Made by a program: the position numbers and the translations under genes
Source: a virus
Lineage: Duplodnaviria; Caudoviricetes
Strand: one strand, 5' to 3'
Length of the DNA: 48,050 bases
Virus record (IMG/VR): IMGVR_UViG_3300045110_000198
Span: 1-48,050 of that record
Notes under the pieces: model-generated
What the model was told of the DNA's origin: nothing
The model's input: the letters and a program-made list of their open reading frames with translations, nothing else
Databases searched by the model: none
Shown here: positions 15,441-22,668 of the stretch, in pieces
Position numbering within the stretch: position 1 is the stretch's first letter
How the letters are laid out: each line of letters starts with the position of its first letter

Positions 15441-16824
15441 CTCCTGCCTCCTGTTCCTCCGCGGTCAGATCCCGCGACTTGAAGTCTGTGCGCCCCTTCG
15501 GCGTCACGAACTGCTGCCAATCCACCGGTTCCCCGGACTCCAGCGCCAACCGCAGCGCATCACGGTCCAGCGACTCCGACTCCGTATATACGAGCTCCAT
15601 CACCTTGTTCGGCCCCACGCGGAACGAGCCGCCGTGCGCCTTCGCGAAGTTCCGGAGCTCCGTCTGCATCGAGCGGGTCGTGGCCTTCAGGCGGTCCAGG
15701 ACCATCGCGGCCTCCGACGCCTGCTCCGGCGTGTTCACGACGCCGCGATGGTCGCGCACCTCGTAAGGGATCGGGCAGTCGACGGACGCCGGGCACTCCG
15801 AGCACGCCGCGTCGGACACGACCGCCGGCCAGTCCCCCGTCTGCTCTGACTTCGCCACGCGGGCCACGAGCCCTTCCAAGGACGCGCGGTACTCCGTGAG
15901 CTCCAGATGGTCCATCGTGAGCGGGCGGCGCACCATCTTGCCCTCGCGGTCCTCGATGCCCGGGTAGACGAACTCCAGGTCGAAACGGCGGGCCGTGTCA
16001 GCGATCGGGAACGGGTCCGGGGTCTCGATGACGCCGCGGCCGTCGCATGTCTCGCAGGCTTCGACACCTCGAACGGGGAAGTTGCAGCATTCACCCGTCT
16101 CCAGGAACCGACGGCAGCAGACATCCTGTGTGACCGACCCATCGCTGCAGTTCGGGCACGGCTCCTCGCGGACCGGCACCCCGAAGTGCAGCAGCAGCGC
16201 GTACAGGATCAGCTGGAAGTTCTTCGCCACCAGCCGCCCATCCGGCGACTTGCGGGCCACCTCGTCATACGGCGGGGCCGCGCGCGACGTCTTGTAGTCG
16301 CGGATCAGCAGCGCCTTGTCGTCCTCCAGGAGCTCCGCGAAGTCCACGCGGGCGCGCACCCGCCAGTCGCCCACCTCGAGCTCGAACAGCGTCTCGCACG
16401 CCACGACCATGCTCGGATCGAACGCCACCTCCGACGCCCACCGGAAACACGCCTCGCGCACGTAGTCGTGCTCCTCGAACGGGACGGGCAACTCCGCCAG
16501 CACCTCGTCCACCAGGATCTTCACGACGTCCGGCGGGATCATCGGCTCGTTCTGCTCCATCGCCTCCAGCGTCGCGCGGCGGAACACCTCGTGCGCCGCG
16601 GAGCCGCGCACCATCGCCGGCGTCTGGTCCAGGCCCTCGTACTTCAGCATCAGGTACGCGGACCGCGGGCACGAGTTGTAGTGGCGCAGGAACGTCTGCC
16701 GCAGGTTGCGCGGGACGGACCGCTCGAGGAACACGTGCTGGAACGCGGGCGCGGGCGGCGCGGGCGGCATCAGCGTGTCCGCGATCACCTCGAAGTCCTC
16801 AGGGGTCGGGCTGTTCTCAGGCAT
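15433..16824 (-). CDS. PD-(D/E)XK Cas4/RecB-like exonuclease
   Basis: SCPR, RARVDF, IRDYKTS, FQLILYAL, CSECPASVDCP. Confidence 0.85.
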   Translation of the reverse strand: MPENSPTPEDFEVIADTLMPPAPPAPAFQHVFLERSVPRNLRQTFLRHYNSCPRSAYLMLKYEGLDQTPAMVRGSAAHEVFRRATLEAMEQNEPMIPPDVVKILVDEVLAELPVPFEEHDYVREACFRWASEVAFDPSMVVACETLFELEVGDWRVRARVDFAELLEDDKALLIRDYKTSRAAPPYDEVARKSPDGRLVAKNFQLILYALLLHFGVPVREEPCPNCSDGSVTQDVCCRRFLETGECCNFPVRGVEACETCDGRGVIETPDPFPIADTARRFDLEFVYPGIEDREGKMVRRPLTMDHLELTEYRASLEGLVARVAKSEQTGDWPAVVSDAACSECPASVDCPIPYEVRDHRGVVNTPEQASEAAMVLDRLKATTRSMQTELRNFAKAHGGSFRVGPNKVMELVYTESESLDRDALRLALESGEPVDWQQFVTPKGRTDFKSRDLTAEEQEAGDV

Positions 16825-17461
16825 CCGCAGGCTTCGGCTTGTTCTCGTTCAGCCAGTCCACGAGCCGCTGCAGACCCTCCACGTTGTAGCCCGTCGAGTC
16901 GCGGTACGAGTCAAACCGCTGCTGCGGCAGCGTGTCCTTGTGATGCGCCTCGTACAGCGCCTCCGCCTCCGCGAGCAGCGTTCGCTCCTCCTCGCCCATG
17001 TTCGCCTTCGCGCGGGCCGCAGCGCCGGCCTTCTGCTGCTGCTGCGCGGACGCCTGCGCGTCGTCGTCATCGTCCGCGACGAGATTCAGGACCGCGCAGA
17101 GCGAGTAGCGGCGCGCGTACGTGAGCGCGGAGCCCATGCCCTGCGGCGTCTGGTTCGGCCCGAGCATCAGCGGCATCACGCCGGAAACCTCCTCGCCCGT
17201 GGCCGCGTGCTGCAGGACGTAGCGCAGCGACGGCGCCTCAGCGCCCATGCCAGTCGGGAACGTCATCCAGATCAGCCCGTGCTTGTTCAGGATCGGCCCG
17301 ACCTGCTCCACGATCGCGTCCAGCGCGATGTAGCGGTACTGGTACTGGCCGCCGCTCTTGGTCGGGACCGTCGCGACCTTGTCCTTGAACAGCGTGCCGA
17401 CCTCGCCCTGGACGGCAAGGATCGCGGTCAGCAGCGATCCGTTGTCCTTCTCAGCGGTCAT
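16817..17461 (-). CDS. erf: ERF-family single-strand annealing protein
   Basis: YRYIALDAI...PILNKHGL...QGMGSALTYARRYSL...DDDD. Confidence 0.9.
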   Translation of the reverse strand: MTAEKDNGSLLTAILAVQGEVGTLFKDKVATVPTKSGGQYQYRYIALDAIVEQVGPILNKHGLIWMTFPTGMGAEAPSLRYVLQHAATGEEVSGVMPLMLGPNQTPQGMGSALTYARRYSLCAVLNLVADDDDDAQASAQQQQKAGAAARAKANMGEEERTLLAEAEALYEAHHKDTLPQQRFDSYRDSTGYNVEGLQRLVDWLNENKPKPADA

Positions 17462-17646
17462 GCGTAGACCTCGCCGTCTTCCACGACGTATCGGCTGCGA
17501 TGGTTCGGCGGGTACGACAGGATCTCCAGCGTCTCGCCGCAGATCGCCTCGATCGCCGCCTGCGTGAGACGATCAACGTCAACCATCGGTCCATCCACGT
17601 GATCGATCGTCAACGTGATCGTCACGTCCACCCTTTTCGGGGTCAC
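17458..17646 (-). CDS. Hypothetical protein (62 aa)
   Basis: RBS taggagg before GTG. Confidence 0.65.
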   Translation of the reverse strand: MTPKRVDVTITLTIDHVDGPMVDVDRLTQAAIEAICGETLEILSYPPNHRSRYVVEDGEVYA

Positions 17647-17717
17647 TCTGCGCCTCCTAGCGGTGCAGCAGGCGGGTGGCCCTCACGCCTCCCGTTCAGC
17701 CTGCCGCTGTACGGCAC

Positions 17718-17745
17718 AGCATACCGCTCCGTCAGACAGACGCAA
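17718..17745 (-). promoter_or_regulatory. sigmaA-like promoter of the recombination operon (TTGCGT-N16-TATGCT)
   Basis: Intergenic, correctly oriented; gtcagac occurs twice across it. Confidence 0.55.
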
Positions 17746-17770
17746 GCGGTAATTCGTTGCGTGTCAGACG

Positions 17771-18208
17771 CTAACGCCGCAGCGTGTTGTTCCCGAGCAG
17801 CATCCGCAGCAGTTCCTCGTCCTGCGCGGACAGGTTCGGCATCGCCGGAGCTCCCGGCTGGCCCTGCCCGAGATGCTGCTGCACCGCCGCCTGAAGGATC
17901 GCCGGGTTCTTGCGGGCGAAGTACTTCACGTCCCCGCCGCCGTAGTCGTGCGCCTCCAGCATCTTGCCGCCGCGATTCACCGCGTAGCGCTTGAACTTCG
18001 CGTTCACGCCGCCGCCGGGACCCGAGCCCGCGCGCAGGCCCTGACTCAGCAGGTACGCGGCACCACCCTGCGGACCGACGAGATCCTGCGCGTCCGCCAG
18101 CGAGCCCGCCGGCTGCGGATGCGACGTCGGCTGCTGCGCCGCCGCGAGGATCGCCGGGATGTCCTCCTCGCCGATCTTGCGGCCGATCCCGAAACCCCTC
18201 AGTGCCAT
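17771..18208 (-). CDS. Hypothetical protein (145 aa)
   Basis: TGATG overlap; strong codon bias. Confidence 0.65.
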   Translation of the reverse strand: MALRGFGIGRKIGEEDIPAILAAAQQPTSHPQPAGSLADAQDLVGPQGGAAYLLSQGLRAGSGPGGGVNAKFKRYAVNRGGKMLEAHDYGGGDVKYFARKNPAILQAAVQQHLGQGQPGAPAMPNLSAQDEELLRMLLGNNTLRR

Positions 18209-18369
18209 CAGTGCCGCCCCTTCTTGCTCTTGCGGTGCGCCTCGATCAGCGCGTTCTTCCCGTGACCGTACCCGTGCGACCGGAAGAACCGGGAGATCTC
18301 CTCCCGCGACTTCCCCTGGCGGGCCATGTTCGCCGCGATCGCGCGCTGCTGACTCGGCTTCCACGGCAT
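18208..18369 (-). CDS. Small basic protein (53 aa)
   Basis: MPWKPSQQRAIAAN; TGATG overlap. Confidence 0.6.
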   Translation of the reverse strand: MPWKPSQQRAIAANMARQGKSREEISRFFRSHGYGHGKNALIEAHRKSKKGRH

Positions 18370-18464
18370 CAGATCTCCTCCAGCCACGCCCGCAGCCGCT
18401 CCTCGTCCAGCTGCGGGACCGTGACCCCCAGCCATTCGAGCAGGCGCTGCAGGCGCGGTCTCAT
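18369..18464 (-). CDS. Small hypothetical protein (31 aa)
   Basis: Coupled at both ends. Confidence 0.45.
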   Translation of the reverse strand: MRPRLQRLLEWLGVTVPQLDEERLRAWLEEI

Positions 18465-18694
18465 GTCCTCGTATGCGACGTGCCGCCTTCGACCGTCGCC
18501 ACCGCGTTCTTCGGGACCGTCTTCGGCGCCGGCGCGAAGTAGCCCGCGATGATCCCGACCACCACCGCGATCGCGCCCGCGATCGCCGGGTCCAAGTCGA
18601 TCCCGAAGTACGCGAGCACCGCCACGGCTGCCGTGACCACTGCCTGAATCGGGACCTTCGGGTCGGTCCCCACCGTCTTCTGCGTCGTGTCCAT
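18461..18694 (-). CDS. Holin (2 TM)
   Basis: Two hydrophobic segments; directly downstream of the endolysin. Confidence 0.7.
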   Translation of the reverse strand: MDTTQKTVGTDPKVPIQAVVTAAVAVLAYFGIDLDPAIAGAIAVVVGIIAGYFAPAPKTVPKNAVATVEGGTSHTRT

Positions 18695-18704
18695 CCCTGC
18701 CTCC

Positions 18705-19337
18705 CTATGCGTAGCGCTTCTCGGCGTCAGTGATCGCGCGCATCAGCGCGGCGCCCGACATGCGGCCCGGATCCCAGTGCGAGTTGTTCGGCACGTGGCA
18801 GTGCCCCACGTGGCCCGTCGCGCGGACGAACCCCGACGGGGTGATCTTCTTCGCCGGCACCGTGAACGGCCGGTAGCCGCGGCGGATGTTGAAGCGATGG
18901 TCGACCAGCGCGGCCAGCGCGCCCAGGTCCCGGTAGATGACGTCGCCCCAGTCCTGCGCGTTCTTCGCGAAGTCCACGATCTCCACCTGGATCGCGTTCG
19001 CGCGGTTCGTCTCCGGCGTCCCCGCCGGATGCTCGAGCGCGCGCGCCGCCATGTTCAGCGGAATGCACTGGTAGACCGGGGCGTCGCCGCCGCCCGGGTC
19101 GATGACGAAGTGCGGGGCCGCGCGCTTGTCGCGCAGCACGCGCCACATGCCGTCGATGCCAGCGCCCTCCGTTGTGTGCCACACCAGCTTGTGCCCGCCG
19201 CCGGTGAATGACCCAGCGTTGTCGAGCTCGCGGTGTTCGATCTTCAGCCCCCAGTGGGAGCCTTCGGGAAGCCAGTTCCTGTCCATGCGGGAATCGTCGC
19301 GGTCGTGCCGGATGGTGCGCGGCACGAACCACCTCAT
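18705..19337 (-). CDS. Endolysin, N-acetylmuramoyl-L-alanine amidase (Amidase_2 type)
   Basis: LVWHTTEG, APHF, IQVEIV, GHCHVPNNSHWDPG. Confidence 0.85.
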   Translation of the reverse strand: MRWFVPRTIRHDRDDSRMDRNWLPEGSHWGLKIEHRELDNAGSFTGGGHKLVWHTTEGAGIDGMWRVLRDKRAAPHFVIDPGGGDAPVYQCIPLNMAARALEHPAGTPETNRANAIQVEIVDFAKNAQDWGDVIYRDLGALAALVDHRFNIRRGYRPFTVPAKKITPSGFVRATGHVGHCHVPNNSHWDPGRMSGAALMRAITDAEKRYA

Positions 19338-20146
19338 GCGCAGGTGTAGTTCAGATCGCCGTCCGCGTCCGAGCAGGTCTGCGTCACCGTCTGCTGATTG
19401 CCCGCGCCATCCACGAACGTGAACGTGAACGTGAACGTCGCGATCGCGGGGCCCGTGGCGCCCGTGGCGCCCGTGGCGCCGGTGGCGCCGGGCGCTCCGT
19501 CCGCTCCTGCGGGCCCGGCAGGCCCCGCGGCACCCTGCGGCCCCGGAACCGTTGAATCCGCGCCAGGAGCGCCCTGCGGCCCCGGAACGGTGGAGTCTGC
19601 GCCCGCCGGGCCAGCGGGCCCGACACTCCCGACGTCGCCCTTCACGCCGCGCTCGCCGGGGGAGCCCGTGTCGCCCGTGCTCCCGGTATCGCCTTGCGGC
19701 CCGACACACGCCGGCTCGAGACTTGCCAGACACGGCGTCCCCGGATCGCCCGTCGGGCCACGGGGCCCGCGAATCCCGGCCAAGCCCGGCAAGCCGCGCG
19801 GCCCGACGATCCCCGGGCGGCCCGGCTGCCCCGCCTGGCCCGTGATGCCCGGCTGCGGCACCGGCAGCGTCAGGTTCAGGCACCGCGCCGCACGCTTCGG
19901 GCCGCGCGAGTTCAGCAGGCACTTCGTCACCTTGTTCGTCTGCAGCTGCGCCGCCGTCGACTGCTGCTTCGCCTCATGCGACTGCACTTTCGCCTGGCCG
20001 CTCTGGTCCTTCGCGGTCCCCGCCGTGTTCTTCGCGCGCTGCGCCGCGATCGACGTCACGAACAGCGCGAGCGCGAGAAGCAGCGCGACGCCGGCGACCA
20101 CGAGCGGCAGGCCGCCACGACGTAGCTCATTCGCGAACCGTCGCAT
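19334..20146 (-). CDS. Membrane-anchored collagen-like protein of the lysis cassette
   Basis: N-terminal TM, coiled coil, long G-X-Y run, C-terminal Cys pair. Confidence 0.8.
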   Translation of the reverse strand: MRRFANELRRGGLPLVVAGVALLLALALFVTSIAAQRAKNTAGTAKDQSGQAKVQSHEAKQQSTAAQLQTNKVTKCLLNSRGPKRAARCLNLTLPVPQPGITGQAGQPGRPGIVGPRGLPGLAGIRGPRGPTGDPGTPCLASLEPACVGPQGDTGSTGDTGSPGERGVKGDVGSVGPAGPAGADSTVPGPQGAPGADSTVPGPQGAAGPAGPAGADGAPGATGATGATGATGPAIATFTFTFTFVDGAGNQQTVTQTCSDADGDLNYTCA

Positions 20147-20634
20147 CAGCCGAACAGCGCGCTCATGATCGGCGTCAGGAGCGCCGCGAGCGAAGCGAGA
20201 CCCGCAGCACCCAGCACGCCGTACAGGGTGCGCTTGGAGACGACGTCCTGCGTGCGCTCCACGCGGATCGTCTTCGCGTCCTCCTCGCGGCGCTTGCGCT
20301 CCTGCTCCCTGTACTCCTCCAGCGCCTTGCCGACATCGCTGATCTTCGTGCCGCACTTGCTCACCTGATCGAGCAGCGCCCGGTTCTGATCGACCATGCT
20401 TTTCTCGGTCTTCTCGAAGCGGCGGTCAACGTCCGCGCGGAACTCCTTCAAGTCGTCTCGGAACTCCTCTTGTGCTCGCTGGACCAGAGCCACTGCTAGC
20501 GGCAACGGGCCGAAGACCTCGATCTGGCGGCGATTAGCATCCACCCGCTCCTCGATGCGGGAGAGACGTTCCCTGCCCTCAGAAGAATCCGGCGACACAA
20601 CGTCGCTGCTTACCGGCGCATTCGTGTCGCGCAT
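20146..20634 (-). CDS. Coiled-coil protein with C-terminal TM (lysis cassette; start uncertain)
   Basis: Heptad-rich body; LYGVLGAAGLASLAALLTPIMSALFG. Confidence 0.65.
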   Translation of the reverse strand: MRDTNAPVSSDVVSPDSSEGRERLSRIEERVDANRRQIEVFGPLPLAVALVQRAQEEFRDDLKEFRADVDRRFEKTEKSMVDQNRALLDQVSKCGTKISDVGKALEEYREQERKRREEDAKTIRVERTQDVVSKRTLYGVLGAAGLASLAALLTPIMSALFG

Positions 20635-20807
20635 CCTGCGATGAGGATGCCCCACCCGTTGGTCATAGACACAGGGTAGGAGCCGCACACTCTGGATCGC
20701 GTACGTTGGCAGCGAACACCGTTCATCGTCCTGTCGTCCATGCGCTCATGGTCCCGTAGCGGTCGGGCGGTCAGCCGTTCAGCGTGCGAGCGCAACCGCT
20801 CACGGCC

Positions 20808-22007
20808 CTAACGAACCCCGACGTGGACGTGGTTGTGGTGATTGCCGCCGACCATCGTCTTCCACAGCACCTGCACGCGGCGCCCCTTGAACTCGCCGCT
20901 CTTGGGCGTCACGTTGAACACGCCGCCCTTCTGCGCCATCTGGATCGCGTGCGACCACGGGACGCCGGCGGCCTCGAGCGCGTGCGCCGCGGTCAGGTCC
21001 CCGATCTTCGAGTCCACGGGCATCGGCAGGTCCGCCGCGTTGCCCGTCCAGTGATCGGAGACGTTGCCGCTCGTGGTCATGCGGTTGTGGTTCGTGCCCG
21101 TCCCGACCTCGATCGTGCGATGCGAGAACCCTGCGACGCGCGACAGGAACTCCTTCGTGATCGCCTGCGTCTTCACGCCCGGGCGGTCCGCGCTCGCCGA
21201 GAACTTCACCGCGCCCGTCTTCCCCGGGTACGCGGCCGACATGTCCGAGCTCGAGGTGGCGGTCGACGGCGTGTCCGTCGTCGTCGAGCCCGCCTGCGCC
21301 TGCGGCACGTTGCCGCCGATCGTTTGGATCGCCGCGGCCAGCGACCCGATGTCCGTCTTCGGGGCGGGCGCGCCGGCCGACACCGCGCCGAACCCCTGCG
21401 GCATCACTGCCTGCGCTGAGAAGTCCGGCGCCTGAATGGACGCGGAGCCGGGGCCCGGCGACTGCTGCGCCTGCGTCAGCGCCTGCAGGAGCGGCAGGAC
21501 GGACTGCTGCGAGCCCTGGTCCGGGATGCCGGGCGTCGTGGTCGAGCCGCCGCCCGACGTCCCTCCACCACCGCCGCTCGGGAGCGAGCCGCCGCCCTTC
21601 AGGCCGTGGAACGCGTTGAAGGCATCGCGCGAATAGCCCAAGCGGGCCGGCATGGACGATGCAATCTCCCCGGGTGACGGGCGCTCGAAGCCCTCCACCC
21701 ACGCGCGCGTCGCGTCCGTCAGGTTGCGGGCGCCGCGCAGCCGGTTCAGCGCCGCTCGCTCCGGGCCCTTCAACTCCGCGATGAGATGGCTCGTCTGCTG
21801 CTGGAGGTTTCCCTTCTGCACGCCCCGCGCGCGGCCGCCGAGCCACTGGCCGATCCCGAGAGCGCCCGACGTCGTGTTCACGGCGTTCGGGTCCAGGTGC
21901 GGCCCCGACTCCCCGCCGAGCCCGCCGACCGCGCCTGCCGCCTGCGCCGGCGTCAGCCCGAGCTCGCGCCTCAGCCGCTGGTAGACGTAGCTTCGGTTGT
22001 CCGCCAT
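20808..22007 (-). CDS. Virion-associated peptidoglycan hydrolase: phage tail lysozyme domain plus C-terminal LAS/M15-like metallopeptidase domain
   Basis: QAAGAVGGLGGESG...GIGQWLGGR...FERP; SDHWTGNAAD...HHNHVHVG. Confidence 0.75.
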   Translation of the reverse strand: MADNRSYVYQRLRRELGLTPAQAAGAVGGLGGESGPHLDPNAVNTTSGALGIGQWLGGRARGVQKGNLQQQTSHLIAELKGPERAALNRLRGARNLTDATRAWVEGFERPSPGEIASSMPARLGYSRDAFNAFHGLKGGGSLPSGGGGGTSGGGSTTTPGIPDQGSQQSVLPLLQALTQAQQSPGPGSASIQAPDFSAQAVMPQGFGAVSAGAPAPKTDIGSLAAAIQTIGGNVPQAQAGSTTTDTPSTATSSSDMSAAYPGKTGAVKFSASADRPGVKTQAITKEFLSRVAGFSHRTIEVGTGTNHNRMTTSGNVSDHWTGNAADLPMPVDSKIGDLTAAHALEAAGVPWSHAIQMAQKGGVFNVTPKSGEFKGRRVQVLWKTMVGGNHHNHVHVGVR

Positions 22008-22013
22008 GCCCGC

Positions 22014-22034
22014 AGTTTCGCGGAGGATGCGGAC
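22014..22034 (-). promoter_or_regulatory. Late-type promoter motif GTCCG-N10-GAAACT, leaderless
   Basis: 6 nt to ATG 22007. Confidence 0.6.
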
Positions 22035-22076
22035 AACGAAAGAGACCCCGGCGGGGTTCGGTCCACCGGGGTCTCT
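22035..22076 (-). terminator. Intrinsic terminator
   Basis: agagaccccgg/ccggggtctct stem (extends with a G-U pair on the minus strand) followed by TTCGTT. Confidence 0.7.
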
Positions 22077-22416
22077 AGAGTCGCGCTTGCTTGATGAACG
22101 CTACGGACAGAGTACCCCGCTAACCGGACGCGCGCCACATACTGCGCGAGCGTCCTGCGTCAGCACCCGGGGTCGTCCCCCTCCATTAGCCAGGAGCCGA
22201 GCACGGAGAGCGATCTCCGGCAGGCGGGCGCCACAAGGCGATACGACATAAGCAAGCGGCAGGCTCCGTCTCGCAGCAGGCCCCACGTTGGTCCTTCAGG
22301 CAGCGTTCGGCTTTAGGCTGAACTCTGTCCGCTCTCGCGGTAGAACACCCGTCTACTGCCGCAATGAGAGACCGCGTGGAGCAGTGGCGCTCCCTCCTTA
22401 CCGCTAGCCTCGCCTC

Positions 22417-22668
22417 ATGGACAGCATGGGCGGAGACATCATCGTCATCATCGCGATGGCGATCGGGATCATCGGATGGGCGTGGCGCGAGTACGGCCCG
22501 GAACTCAGCCGCCGCCAGCGGCACGGCGCGCACGGCGGATGGCTCGCTCCACCGCCGCATCCGATCCGCCCGCCCGAGCCGCCGACCGTTGCGCCCTACG
22601 GACCGCCCGGGGATCAACAGGAGCTCCCGCCCCGCCACCTGTGGGCGCGCGGAGATACGTCGGATTGA
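22417..22668 (+). CDS. Possible small membrane protein antisense to the 3' end of the large ejection gene
   Basis: TAGCCT-N6-ATG leaderless signal; IIVIIAMAIGIIGWAW TM; overlaps the opposite gene by 164 bp. Confidence 0.45.
   Translation: MDSMGGDIIVIIAMAIGIIGWAWREYGPELSRRQRHGAHGGWLAPPPHPIRPPEPPTVAPYGPPGDQQELPPRHLWARGDTSD

Noticed and set aside
15433-16824. Cas4-like gene as part of a CRISPR system
   Set aside because: Stand-alone phage exonuclease paired with ERF
19415-19620. (gaacgt)x4 and GC-rich tandem repeats
   Set aside because: Explained by the TFTFTFTF strand and collagen G-X-Y coding
22041-22076. GGTTCG hairpin as a tRNA fragment or attP core
   Set aside because: No cloverleaf or proper T-arm; fits an intrinsic terminator. 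No tRNA gene was recognised anywhere in the window
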